This document shows positions 42,085-52,532 of a stretch of DNA of 64,000 nt, in pieces; within the stretch, counting starts at the first letter, position 1, and every line of letters starts with the position of its first letter. The stretch comes from an uncultured candidate division Zixibacteria bacterium. Lineage in GTDB: Bacteria > Zixibacteria > MSB-5A5 > GN15 > PGXB01. The position numbers and the translations under genes were made by a program. The stretch is taken from NCBI GenBank assembly GCA_963702205.1, contig OY969724.1:608001-672000 (forward strand). The letters run 5' to 3'. The notes below the pieces were generated by a model that was not told where the DNA came from, searched no databases, and saw only the letters and a program-made list of their open reading frames with translations.

Positions 42085-44154
42085 TCCACCGCCTCCGTCG
42101 CTTCGAGCAGTTTGCGGGCTTTAGTGCAGACGTTATCGACGTTGAATCCGTACTCATCCAGGACTTTGCTACCCGGTGCTGAGGCACCGAATTTATCGAC
42201 TGCGATGATGTCGCCATGCAGACCGGTCCAGCGGTGCCATCCGAGCGGTGAAGCGGCTTCGATTGCAACTCGGGCACGAACCGATTCGGGGAGCACCGAT
42301 TCCCGGTAAGCCTCCGGCTGCCCTTCGAACAGCTCCCAACTGGGCATGGAGACCACGCGGACGTTGATCGATTCTTTCTCAAGCACTTTCTGCGCTTCGA
42401 GGGCCAGCGCGACTTCAGAGCCGGTGGCAATCAAGATCAGGTCCGGTGTCCCGGGCTGTGAATCTTTCAATGCATAAGCGCCGCGCCTGACTCCTTCGGC
42501 CGATGCGGTTTCCGTTCGGTCGAAAACCGGCAATCCCTGGCGGCTGAGCACCAGTGCCGTCGGGCGGTCATTCGTTTCAATCGCTATTTTCCACGCTTCA
42601 GTTGTTTCGTTGGCGTCGGCCGGCCGTAGTACCGATCAGTCCGGGGATGGCCCGAAGGCTCGCCAGGTGTTCGACCGGTTGGTGGGTCGGGCCGTCTTCG
42701 CCGAGGCCGATGCTGTCGTGCGTGAAGACGTACTTGACCGGAAGGTGCATCAATGAAGCCAGGCGGATGGTGGGCCGTATATAATCCGAGAACATCAGGA
42801 AAGTCGAGGCGAAAGGCAACAGCCCGCCGTGGGCCGCAAGGCCGTTGGATATTGATCCCATGGCGTGCTCGCGGACGCCGAAATGAATATTTCGTCCGGC
42901 CCAGCTCCAGCCGCCGCCGATCGAGCCCTGGGTGTCGGTTTCGTCGGATCCCTTCGGCTCGAAATCGCCGAGGTCTTTCATCGAGGTTTTGGTGGATGGT
43001 CCCAGGTCGGCGGCACCGCCAATAAGAGATGGTAGTTTCGTCGCCAGAGCGTTTATAATTTTATGCGAGGCGTTACGCGTGGCGATTTTGCCGTCGTCGG
43101 GTTTAAATATCGGAAGATCATCAGTCCAGTTGTCCGGGAGCCCACCGGCGATCATTAGGTGCAGTTGGGCGGCTTCGTCGGGGTACTTATGGGTATATTT
43201 CTCAAATCGACTTTTCCAGTCCTGCTCGGCTTTTTGTCCCGTTTCCAGTGCTTTGTGAAAGTGATCGCGGACTTCGTCCGGAATATAAAAATCTTTATCG
43301 GTCGGCCAGCCGAGATTTTTCCTGGTCGCCAGGACCTCATCCGGCCCGAGTGGTGATCCGTGGGCTTTGTACGTATCCTGCAGGTTCGGCGATCCGTAGC
43401 CGAGGTGAGTGTGCACGGCGATCAGCGACGGGCGTTCGGTTTCGGCTTGTGCATTTTCAATCGCTTTGCCTATTGCCGTCAGGTCGTTTCCGTCTTCGAC
43501 CGTCTGTGTGTGCCAGTGAAAAGCATCGAAGCGCTTTATTACGTCTTCGGTGAAAGTCAGGTCGGTCGAAGCGGCGAGAGAAACGTGGTTGGCATCGTAC
43601 AGGTATATCAGCTTGCCGAGCTTAAGATGTCCGGCCAGCGATGCGGCTTCGTACGATATCCCTTCCATCAGGTCACCGTCGCTGCAAATAGAATAGGTAT
43701 AATGATCTATTATAGTATGTTCGTCTTTATTGAACCGTGCGGCGAGGTGCTTTTCGGCTACGGCCATGCCGACCCCGTTTCCGAAGCCCTGACCCAAAGG
43801 CCCGGTGGTTACTTCGACTCCCGGAGTATGCCGACGTTCCGGATGTCCTGGCGTGATGCTTCCCCACTGCCGAAACCGCTTTATCTGGTCGAGCGGAAGG
43901 TTGTAGCCGGTGACATGAAGCAGTGAATACAGGAGCATCGATCCGTGACCGGCGGATAGTACAAAACGGTCGCGGTCGAACCAGTCGGGATCGAACGGAT
44001 TGTGTTTGACAAATTTGGTCCAGAGAACGTAGGCCATCGCCGCGGCGCCCATGGGTAAGCCGGGGTGTCCCGAATTGGCCTTCTGGACGGCGTCGATTGA
44101 AAGAAATCGCAGCGTATTTATGCTCAGTTCATCGAGTTTGCTCTGTCCGTTCAT
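42081..44154 (-). pseudogene. tkt: Transketolase with +1 frameshift at ~42632 (probably artefactual)
   Basis: [41 protein letters not shown]; removing one G restores [12 protein letters not shown] into ORF 42081-42551 (LIATGSEV, FGASAP). Confidence 0.93.
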
Positions 44155-44168
44155 TGTAAGTCCTTTCT

Positions 44169-45143
44169 CTATAGCCTGTCGCGTGCAGCCAGGGCCGCGC
44201 CGAGAATTCCGGCTTTGGCGCCTAACCGGGCTTTTACAAATTCGACATTTTTCACGGCCGCCGTCAGGGCCTTCTGACGAACACCCTTTTCGATCTGCCC
44301 GATCATTTCCGGATAACCTTCGATCACGCCGCCGCCGAGAATTAATCTGCGAGGGCTTAGTAAATTCACAACAGACGTTATACCCGCGACCAGCGCGTCG
44401 ATCGCAAAATTTAGAATTTTAACCGCCGCTGCATCGCCGTCGCGGGCGGCGCTTTGGACCTTCTCTGCGGTAACTTGCTCAATTTGATTTTGTGCCTTTT
44501 CAAGAATGACCGCACCATCTTTGGGATTTTGTTGGATAATCCGTTTGGCGGCGAGTCCGATGGCCCAGCCGCCGGCGTAGGCTTCGACACATCCCCGGCT
44601 GGAGCAGTGGCAGGACGGGCCGTTCAGATCGACTGTTATATGTCCGATCTCACCGGCCGTGTTGGCGTCGCCGGTAATCAGGCGGCCGCCGCTTATGATT
44701 CCGCCGCCGACCCCGGTCCCGACAAAGATGCAGACGAGGTTGTCGACATTTTGTCCAGCCCCCAGTTTCCATTCACCGTAAGCGGCCATGCGGACGTCGT
44801 TGTCTATATATACCGGCAGATTGAATTTGTCGGATAAAATTCCGCCCAGTGGATAATCGTGCCAGCCAAGATTCGGCGCGTTGTGGACGATGCCGGCCTT
44901 CGAGTCTATTTGTCCCGCGACGCCGATACCAATTGCATTCGGTTTGCAGCCGTTTGATGAATAGATCAGATTTGCTATGATTTGATGAAGGCGCCTTTCG
45001 ACGGCTTGGACACCTTCGGAGGCGAGTGTTTGTTCGCGCATTCCGGCCCGGTCGTGCCCGTTCGAGTCTACAAGTGCGGCTCCGATTTTAGTTCCACCCA
45101 GATCAATACCAATCGTCAGTTTGTCCGTCATTTCAATCACCAC
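44169..45143 (-). CDS. ROK-family sugar kinase (probable glucokinase)
   Basis: [40 protein letters not shown]. Confidence 0.9.
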   Translation of the reverse strand: MVIEMTDKLTIGIDLGGTKIGAALVDSNGHDRAGMREQTLASEGVQAVERRLHQIIANLIYSSNGCKPNAIGIGVAGQIDSKAGIVHNAPNLGWHDYPLGGILSDKFNLPVYIDNDVRMAAYGEWKLGAGQNVDNLVCIFVGTGVGGGIISGGRLITGDANTAGEIGHITVDLNGPSCHCSSRGCVEAYAGGWAIGLAAKRIIQQNPKDGAVILEKAQNQIEQVTAEKVQSAARDGDAAAVKILNFAIDALVAGITSVVNLLSPRRLILGGGVIEGYPEMIGQIEKGVRQKALTAAVKNVEFVKARLGAKAGILGAALAARDRL

Positions 45144-45452
45144 TTCCTTCAGGAATCTCTGACTCTGGCCCGTCGTAGCTGTTACATCTGCGAACTCGGT
45201 CTTTTTCTTTTTGTCAAGGTCCTTAATTTACCGGCCACAATGTTCCGCGAGCACTGCCGTCGGTTTTGCCGTATTTAGCCTTAACACTGCCGGTGGTGTA
45301 ATGTTCCATTTTCAATGTACAAGGCCATATAAATATGACTTTAATATCCATTTTAGGCAGATAATGTTCGATAAAAATATTGAGGTTCTGCCAAAGTGTC
45401 GACGGGCTGTTTTAATTCCGAATGGAATTGACTCCGGACCAGGTCGATGTGG

Positions 45453-46763
45453 CTACCAGATTTTCCTGCCGGTGGTTCTATCCAGTTCGTTACGGCTGAC
45501 CGTGTAATCGTACAGCGCCCGCAGGCGAATCAGTTTGGCCTGCGACAGCGTGGTTTCGGCGTCCAACAGGTCCAGATTCGTTATTACCCCTGTGGAATAG
45601 CGGACACGGGCCATCTCCACCGCCTTTTGGGCTTGCTGCACCTGGGTTTCGGTGCTTGTGATCTTGTCAAGATTCGAATTAACACCGGCCACGGCCTGAA
45701 GCACTTCGGATCTGACCCGCTGCTCGACGTCAGACGTGTGGGCTCGGGCCGAGTTGAAACCGGCGTCGGCCGCGGCCCTTTTAAATTTCGTCCTGTGGCC
45801 GTTGAAGACGGGGATTTTAAGTTCCACTCCGGCCGCGTAATTGCCGCGCAGAGTATTCAAATCAGGTTCATAGCCGTTATTCAGACCGGTCGTGACATGC
45901 AAAGATAGAGTGGGTTTATCGTCCAGCGATACCAATTGCGAGCGGGCTTCGGCGCTCGACTCGGCATCGCGGGCCAGAGTCAGTTCGGGACGCTGATTGT
46001 CGGCGGCCATAATCAAAGAGTCGGCATTGAGGGCCATTTTGTCGGTTACAAAAGATCCTTTTAGATTGATCGGTGTGTCCGATGACAGCCCGGTCAGTTG
46101 ACGAAACATGATCTCCTGTGTCTTCAGGGCGTGGACGGCGTCGATGCGTTCGCTTTGTATGACGGCTATTTTGACCTGTATGGTCAGGGTATCGAAATCG
46201 GTGGCGGTCCCGGCGTTTATCTTCTTAATACTTATGTCCAGGTGTTGCATGAGGGTTTGGAGTTGTTCGTCGAGGACGTCGATTCTTTGGTGCAGTATCA
46301 GGATCGCGTTGAAGACGCCGATAGTGCCGTAGGCGAGATTGAATTTTACCAGATCGACGTTGTCAGTCGCAGCCTGATGCGATGCCTCCGCCAGCGAGAC
46401 GGCTTTGTTAGTCCGGCCGAAATCATACAGCGTTTGTTTCAGGCTGGCGTGCAGATCATAATTATTGTAAGGAGCCAGTTGAAGCGTGCCCTGTCCGGGA
46501 AGTTCGAATTCGGGGACCGGGCCGATATGCGTATAATCGCCGCCTAAAGAGATATCCGGATATAAGGCGCTGCGGCTTACGTCGATCCCAGCCGCGGCGG
46601 CAGCCATGTCATATTCCGACTGGCGGATCGCGGCATGGCTTTTGAGGGTTAATTGCACCGCTCGCTCGACTGTAAGTGAATCGGATGATACTGCTTGTGC
46701 CATTGCACTAATGCCGTTCAGGCATATTAGTAATGCAACAACTATATTTAAACCTGTTTTCAT
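45453..46763 (-). CDS. TolC-family outer-membrane protein
   Basis: Signal peptide; LKQTLYDFG, KIPVFNG, NLDLLDAE. Confidence 0.88.
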   Translation of the reverse strand: MKTGLNIVVALLICLNGISAMAQAVSSDSLTVERAVQLTLKSHAAIRQSEYDMAAAAAGIDVSRSALYPDISLGGDYTHIGPVPEFELPGQGTLQLAPYNNYDLHASLKQTLYDFGRTNKAVSLAEASHQAATDNVDLVKFNLAYGTIGVFNAILILHQRIDVLDEQLQTLMQHLDISIKKINAGTATDFDTLTIQVKIAVIQSERIDAVHALKTQEIMFRQLTGLSSDTPINLKGSFVTDKMALNADSLIMAADNQRPELTLARDAESSAEARSQLVSLDDKPTLSLHVTTGLNNGYEPDLNTLRGNYAAGVELKIPVFNGHRTKFKRAAADAGFNSARAHTSDVEQRVRSEVLQAVAGVNSNLDKITSTETQVQQAQKAVEMARVRYSTGVITNLDLLDAETTLSQAKLIRLRALYDYTVSRNELDRTTGRKIW

Positions 46764-46777
46764 ATTTCATGAACCTG

Positions 46778-48412
46778 TCATTTTTGGGCGTGGGCCGGGT
46801 TGTTTGCAGCATAGCGGCCGGTGGCAGCACGGCGGGACCGTATCGCAAAAAGGGGTATAACACCGAATAAAATTATAACGCCGGCCAGAAGAAACACGTC
46901 GTCGATCGCCTGTATAAAAGCCTGATTGGAGATAAATATCCCGATTTGAGCTTTGGCTTTCGCGAGTGCATCACTGGCGGTGCTTCCGGTCGCATGAACT
47001 GCCCACGATTGTAATTTCATTACCGTTTGTTTAAAAATATCAGAATATGCATTGGCCTGTTCACCATAGATGGTCGTGTGGTATATAGTACGGCGGGTTA
47101 AAAGTGTGCCGAACACCGCTACGCCGAAGCTTCCGCCGATCTGCCGGATAACGTTGAGAAGCCCCGAAGCCTGAGCCATTTTCTGGTGCGAAATTTCGGT
47201 TATCGCCAGGGTCATGAGCGGTGCAAACAAGGCACCGATCGCGACGCCGCGAAGTATAAGCGGGATGGTTATGTCTCCGCTTTCCGAAAAGAGCGACAGC
47301 GTGGAAAACTGATAGAATGTGTAGGACATCAATAACAGGCCGAGAATGATCGGCAGCTTTGGCGTGAATTTGTCGCTGTACAGCCCGGCCAGAGGTGCCA
47401 CGATTCCCTGCATGAGTCCGACCGGGAGAAAAACAATTCCGGCCTGGAACGGGGTGTAACCGAGCGAATTCTGAAGATATATCGGCAAAAGAAATGTCGT
47501 GCCGAACATCGCTACGCCTACCATAAACAGGACGATATTGCAGACGGCAAATTTGAAATTTTTAAACAAATTTAGTTCTATCAGCGGGTGTTTCACGTTG
47601 AATTCGGTGACCAGGAATACCACCAGTGATACGGCCGAAACTGCAAAGCAGGTCAATATGTAGTTGGACGTCCAGCCGCCGGTGTTCCAGGCGGAATTTC
47701 CGCTGGACAGAGCCAGCAGAAGCGCCACCAGAAAAGCCGTCAGGGAGACGAAGCCGATCAGGTCGAAAGCCCGTGAGTCATCGGCCTTCCGCTCCTGCAG
47801 AATAATGGCCGCGACGATCATCCCGAAAATTCCGACCGGGACGTTGACATCGAAAATCGTGTGCCACGAAAACCGGTCGATCAAATATCCGCCGATAGTC
47901 GGTCCGAGCGAAACCGAAGCCGAGGCGGCCATCGACCAGAACGCCAGCGCTATACCTCGCTTTTCGGGAGGGAACTCGCGCGTTATTATGGCCATGCCGA
48001 CCGGCATGAGAATTCCTGAGCCGGCCCCCTGAATCACCCTGAACAGTATCAGTATATTAAAATCCCAGGCGAGGCTGCACAGAAATGAACTGAATGTGAA
48101 TAGAAGCAGGCCCAGGCTGAACACCAGTTTGTATCCGAACCTGTCGGCCAGCCATCCGGAAGTCGGCAGCATCACGCCGAAGACTATCAAATAAGCCGTA
48201 AGAACCCACTCGACCTTGTCAACTGTCACGCCGAATGAGGACATCAGTTTGGGCAGGGCGACGTTGACAATCGTTGCATCCAGCACCGCCATGAAAGTCG
48301 CAATCATAACCCCGGCCAGAACCAACCAGCGGTATGAGGGGTGCTCCGGCCGAAGCCGTGGAAAATCATGTATCAATTTGGCGCGAAAGCCGCGCCATTG
48401 GCTGATAGCCAT
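46778..48412 (-). CDS. DHA2/EmrB-family MFS efflux permease
   Basis: FMAVLDATIVNVALP, GWLADRFG, GPTIGG, RQIGGSFG. Confidence 0.92.
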   Translation of the reverse strand: MAISQWRGFRAKLIHDFPRLRPEHPSYRWLVLAGVMIATFMAVLDATIVNVALPKLMSSFGVTVDKVEWVLTAYLIVFGVMLPTSGWLADRFGYKLVFSLGLLLFTFSSFLCSLAWDFNILILFRVIQGAGSGILMPVGMAIITREFPPEKRGIALAFWSMAASASVSLGPTIGGYLIDRFSWHTIFDVNVPVGIFGMIVAAIILQERKADDSRAFDLIGFVSLTAFLVALLLALSSGNSAWNTGGWTSNYILTCFAVSAVSLVVFLVTEFNVKHPLIELNLFKNFKFAVCNIVLFMVGVAMFGTTFLLPIYLQNSLGYTPFQAGIVFLPVGLMQGIVAPLAGLYSDKFTPKLPIILGLLLMSYTFYQFSTLSLFSESGDITIPLILRGVAIGALFAPLMTLAITEISHQKMAQASGLLNVIRQIGGSFGVAVFGTLLTRRTIYHTTIYGEQANAYSDIFKQTVMKLQSWAVHATGSTASDALAKAKAQIGIFISNQAFIQAIDDVFLLAGVIILFGVIPLFAIRSRRAATGRYAANNPAHAQK

Positions 48413-48415
48413 CGT

Positions 48416-49393
48416 TTACTTCTCTTTTAAAAGTACTTTCACTTCCACCGACATTCCCGGCAGCAGTTTAGGTTTTTCTCCCGGGTCGTCGTTTTGATCG
48501 CCGGAAAACAGGATCTTAACCGGCACTCGCTGCGTGACTTTCGTGAAATTGCCCGAGGCGTTGTTTGGCGGGATCAGCGAAAACTGAGAGGCCGCCGCCG
48601 CACCGATCAAATCGACCCTTCCTGAAAAATCGCGACCGTGAAAGGCATCGACCGAAATTTCGACATCATCTCCAGTATGGATTGACGCCAATTTGGTTTC
48701 TTCGAAATATGCCGTCACCCAGACATCGTTAAGATCAAAGAGGGTGAAAATAGGCTGCCCCGGTTGGACAATATCGCCGGGGACGACCCATTTGCGGGCC
48801 ACGACCCCGGGCGTGGAAGCATAGATATTCGTATTAGTGAGCTTCGTCCGAATTACCGCCAACTGCGCCTGCGACTCGGTGACCTTACTGAGTGCCACGG
48901 CCTGTTGAGCCTGAGCCATTTCGAGGGCTCTTTTGGTGTGATCGTATTGCTGGCGGGTGATGACGTTGCTTTCGTACTGCACGGAATCCCGGAAGAAATC
49001 ATCCCTGGCTTGTGCCAGTGTTATTTTGGCCACCCGGACGTTTTGCTGCACAAGGTCGAGCGACGCCTCCGCCTGCGTTTCCTGGGCTTGTAAATCGGAA
49101 TCGTCGATATGTACCAGCAGCTCTTCGGCCGTCACGGAGTCGCCTTCATCGGCGTTAAGGGCCACGATCCGTCCGAGAATTTTCGAACTTATGGTTATCG
49201 CATCACTGTCGATGACGGCGTCATCGGTGGAGACGTAGCCCCTGAGAAATTCGTACCAATAGGCGAAGACAGCTGCTGCGATTACCAGCAGGATCAGTAT
49301 TGGAATAAGAATTTTCCGGCCGCGATGTTTTCCGTTACCGGCAGTTGTCTGTTTTTCTTCATTTGTATTTTGATCTGCCATTTTGTCCGTCAT
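48416..49393 (-). CDS. EmrA/HlyD-family membrane fusion protein
   Basis: VSTDDA, FSLIPPNNASGNFTKVTQRVPV, LLPGMSV. Confidence 0.92.
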   Translation of the reverse strand: MTDKMADQNTNEEKQTTAGNGKHRGRKILIPILILLVIAAAVFAYWYEFLRGYVSTDDAVIDSDAITISSKILGRIVALNADEGDSVTAEELLVHIDDSDLQAQETQAEASLDLVQQNVRVAKITLAQARDDFFRDSVQYESNVITRQQYDHTKRALEMAQAQQAVALSKVTESQAQLAVIRTKLTNTNIYASTPGVVARKWVVPGDIVQPGQPIFTLFDLNDVWVTAYFEETKLASIHTGDDVEISVDAFHGRDFSGRVDLIGAAAASQFSLIPPNNASGNFTKVTQRVPVKILFSGDQNDDPGEKPKLLPGMSVEVKVLLKEK

Positions 49394-49411
49394 CTTTCGA
49401 TTATATTTTCA

Positions 49412-49867
49412 TCAAACGTTATCAACTTTCTCGTTTTTTAATTTCATTATACCAAGGATGAGCCTTAATCCCTTCAAAATTTCGTTCAATTGTTTTGCAG
49501 GGAGCTTATCGATGGTATGAAAGAGAAGACCCATGCCGGCCAGCGGCGTGTTCTTGATCACTTTTCTGCCGTCGGTGGTTATATACAGCTGCACCATGCG
49601 ACGGTCCTCGACACTTCGCTCCCGCCGGATATAGCCTCTCTTTTCCAGCCGGTCGGCGATTCCCGAGACGGTGCTGATGTGCAGGTACAGCTTTTCGCCG
49701 AGCTGATGCATCGAGATACCGGGCGTCAGCGATACAATACGGAGGGCCCCGAACTGCGGACCGGTTATGCGGTATTTACGAATAAATTCGCTCGATTGCT
49801 TTCTGCTGATGCCCTGCAAAAGCCGGATGGAATTGACAATCTCGCTTATATCCTTATGGCGGGGCAT
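49412..49867 (-). CDS. MarR-family transcriptional regulator
   Basis: ITGPQF...STVSGIADRLEKRGYI.R...DRR. Confidence 0.9.
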   Translation of the reverse strand: MPRHKDISEIVNSIRLLQGISRKQSSEFIRKYRITGPQFGALRIVSLTPGISMHQLGEKLYLHISTVSGIADRLEKRGYIRRERSVEDRRMVQLYITTDGRKVIKNTPLAGMGLLFHTIDKLPAKQLNEILKGLRLILGIMKLKNEKVDNV

Positions 49868-49902
49868 GGCTTTAATTCATTCCCCCATTAATTTCATATT
49901 AT

Positions 49903-49929
49903 TTTGCATCCAAATATTATTCATGCAAA
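49903..49929. promoter_or_regulatory. Candidate MarR operator
   Basis: TTTGCAT-N13-ATGCAAA inverted repeat, including near-palindrome TTTGCATCCAAA, just upstream of marR. Confidence 0.5.
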
Positions 49930-50113
49930 GCATTATACAAAAACCCTCGACCAGGAACAAATTATTTTTGAATGCCGGATTCGGTCCCTCGGTCCATCTG
50001 GAACCAATGTTGTATTTTAATGTTTTAACTTTATTGACACACCGGAGACCGATTCGAGCAGAATCAGGGTCCGGCAGTTGTTCGACAAAAGACTCTTATA
50101 TGGTAAGTCGACT

Positions 50114-50854
50114 ATGATCAATAATTGCGATAAACCGTCGCGGCGCATCCTGATAATCGAGGATGACAAGGAATTGGCGGAGCTTGTCGGCCTTCATCTT
50201 AACGATCTTAATTTCGCCACCGTACATTGCGATAACGGCGCACAGGGCCTCGAGACGGCCCTGGACAAGAAATTCGACCTGGTTGTCCTTGACCTGATGC
50301 TGCCCGAACTCGACGGCTTCGAGATCTGCCGGAGGCTTCGTGCGGAAAATCCGTATGTGCCGATCCTGATGCTGACGTCGCGGGCCGAAGAAATGGACCG
50401 CGTTTTGGGTCTGGAACTCGGTGCCGATGATTATCTGACAAAACCGTTCAGCATACGAGAGCTGCTCGCCAGGGTAAAGGCGATATTCAGACGGGTGGAG
50501 TCGATCGCTCAGTTGTCGGATAAAAAAGAAGATAACGGGCTCAAGCAAATTGGTGACCTTGTAATAGATATGCAAAAAAGAAAAATTTCAATGGGTGGCA
50601 ATCCGATTGAATTGACCGTCAAGGAATTCGAACTTTTAAAACTCTTTTCGTCGAATCCCGGCCGAGCCTACAGCCGCGAGAACCTGCTGAACCTCGTGTG
50701 GGGTTATCAGTTCGACGGCTATGAGCACACCGTCAATTCACATATCAACCGGCTTCGGTCCAAAATCGAATGTGATCCGGCCAATCCGAAATACATCAAA
50801 ACGGTCTGGGGGTTCGGATACCGTTTTGTCGAACCCGGCGAGTTGGAAAAATGA
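50114..50854 (+). CDS. OmpR-family response regulator
   Basis: IIEDD, LDLMLP, GADDYLTKPF, VNSHINRLRSK, TVWGFGY. Confidence 0.93.
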   Translation: MINNCDKPSRRILIIEDDKELAELVGLHLNDLNFATVHCDNGAQGLETALDKKFDLVVLDLMLPELDGFEICRRLRAENPYVPILMLTSRAEEMDRVLGLELGADDYLTKPFSIRELLARVKAIFRRVESIAQLSDKKEDNGLKQIGDLVIDMQKRKISMGGNPIELTVKEFELLKLFSSNPGRAYSRENLLNLVWGYQFDGYEHTVNSHINRLRSKIECDPANPKYIKTVWGFGYRFVEPGELEK

Positions 50855-52317
50855 AAAAGCTGTTTTCGAGTTTCTATACCAGGCTGTCGGCCCTGTTTTT
50901 GATTCTTTTGCTGCTAATGGGGTCCATTTATATTGCGATATCCGTAAGTTCCTCGATTGCCTTCGTCAAGCAGGCGGATCAGCGTATGAATGCCAATTTG
51001 GCGAAGTCGATCGCTCTTGAAATGGAACCACTGGTGCAGGACAGTATCCATACCTCGGATATGGGGCATCTGCTGCACCATCTGATGGTAATCAATCCTC
51101 ATATTGAAATATATTTGCTCGATTCGACCGGCAACGTGATGGCGTTTTTCGCCGACCCCGTCAAGAAGGTCAAGCGCGAAAAAGTATCTTTGGGACCGAT
51201 TGACGAATTTATCAAGGGCGACCGGGTGGTATCGGTCGAAGGCGACGATCCCCGCGATTTTGACCGTCAGAAACCGTTCTCGGCGGCACCTATCAAGCTG
51301 ACCAACAATGCTCGCGGGTTTGTTTACGTGATTCTCGGCGGCGAGCAATACGATCTCGCGTCGGCGTCAATAAAGGAGCAGTTTTTGACATCGACCATAG
51401 CCAAAGGTTTGGTTATAGCTTTGGTCTTTACGGGTGTCTTAGGACTGATCCTGTTCTTCTTTATGACAAGGCGGCTGCGCCGGGTGACGGGTGTCGTAAC
51501 CGGCTTTAAAAACGGTGATTTCAGCACGCGCCTCAACGATCCGTCTCAGGACGATTTCGGGCAACTGTCCCTGGCTTTCAATCAGATGGCCGATACTATC
51601 GTACAAAATATCCATGACCTGAAACGGTCCGACGATCTAAGGCGGGAGCTGGTCGCCAACGTTTCGCACGACCTTCGCACGCCGCTGGCCTCGATCCAGG
51701 GGTATCTGGAAACGATTCTGATGAAGAAGGATCAGTTTTCATCGGAAGAGGTCGGTCGCTATGTCAAGATAAGTTTGAAAAACGCCCGCTATCTCAATCA
51801 ACTGGTGTCCGAATTGTTTGAGCTTTCCAAACTCAATGCCGTTCATGCCAAACCGGTCCGGGAGCCGTTTTCCATCGCGGAACTGGTTCAGGATGTAATT
51901 TTGAAATTCAAATCGTCGGCCGAAGCCAAAGAGGTTGAAATCGGCTGCCGATACGAACCGGGGATTCCGCTGGTGACCGGCGATATCGGCATGATCGAAC
52001 GGGCCCTGTCGAACCTGCTCGATAACGCCATTCGTTATGCCCCTCCGAAAGCCCGGGTATCGGTGGAGTTGATTCCGAGTGAACACCACGTGCGTATCAA
52101 AGTAACCGACTCCGGTCCCGGAATCGCTGACGAAGACGTCCCCAATATTTTCCTTCCATATTATAGAGGGAAAAAACGCACTTCTCAGGAAACACAGGGA
52201 ACCGGCCTGGGGCTGGCTATCACTAAACGGATTATCGAACTGCACGACAGTGATATTTATGTCGCTTCGGAGCTTAATAAAGGTACGACGTTTTATTTCG
52301 ACCTTGCCCGCGCCTGA
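50851..52317 (+). CDS. HAMP-domain sensor histidine kinase
   Basis: Two TM helices, HAMP, SHDLRTPL, NLLDNA, DSGPGI, GTGLGL; ATGA overlap. Confidence 0.93.
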   Translation: MKKLFSSFYTRLSALFLILLLLMGSIYIAISVSSSIAFVKQADQRMNANLAKSIALEMEPLVQDSIHTSDMGHLLHHLMVINPHIEIYLLDSTGNVMAFFADPVKKVKREKVSLGPIDEFIKGDRVVSVEGDDPRDFDRQKPFSAAPIKLTNNARGFVYVILGGEQYDLASASIKEQFLTSTIAKGLVIALVFTGVLGLILFFFMTRRLRRVTGVVTGFKNGDFSTRLNDPSQDDFGQLSLAFNQMADTIVQNIHDLKRSDDLRRELVANVSHDLRTPLASIQGYLETILMKKDQFSSEEVGRYVKISLKNARYLNQLVSELFELSKLNAVHAKPVREPFSIAELVQDVILKFKSSAEAKEVEIGCRYEPGIPLVTGDIGMIERALSNLLDNAIRYAPPKARVSVELIPSEHHVRIKVTDSGPGIADEDVPNIFLPYYRGKKRTSQETQGTGLGLAITKRIIELHDSDIYVASELNKGTTFYFDLARA

Positions 52318-52385
52318 TTTTTCCATTCTGTTGTAATCGCATCATTCTCCAATTGACTTTTTTGACATGTGAGAAACTGTTGAAT

Positions 52386-52407
52386 GTTTCGTGATAGTTT
52401 CGTGATA
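52386..52407 (+). promoter_or_regulatory. Perfect 11-bp tandem repeat (GTTTCGTGATA)x2, candidate OmpR-type binding site
   Basis: Direct repeat with one-helical-turn period between the HK gene and the spondin gene. Confidence 0.6.
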
Positions 52408-52532
52408 ACTGGTTTGTTGTAGAGGGCAAGAACAAAAAGCAGGTTCGAGTCTGATAACCCGGTTTCAGTAAAACCGACCGGGCATGAAACAGAACGAATG
52501 CTGAACCAACCAACCTTTTAAGCGAGGTGAAT

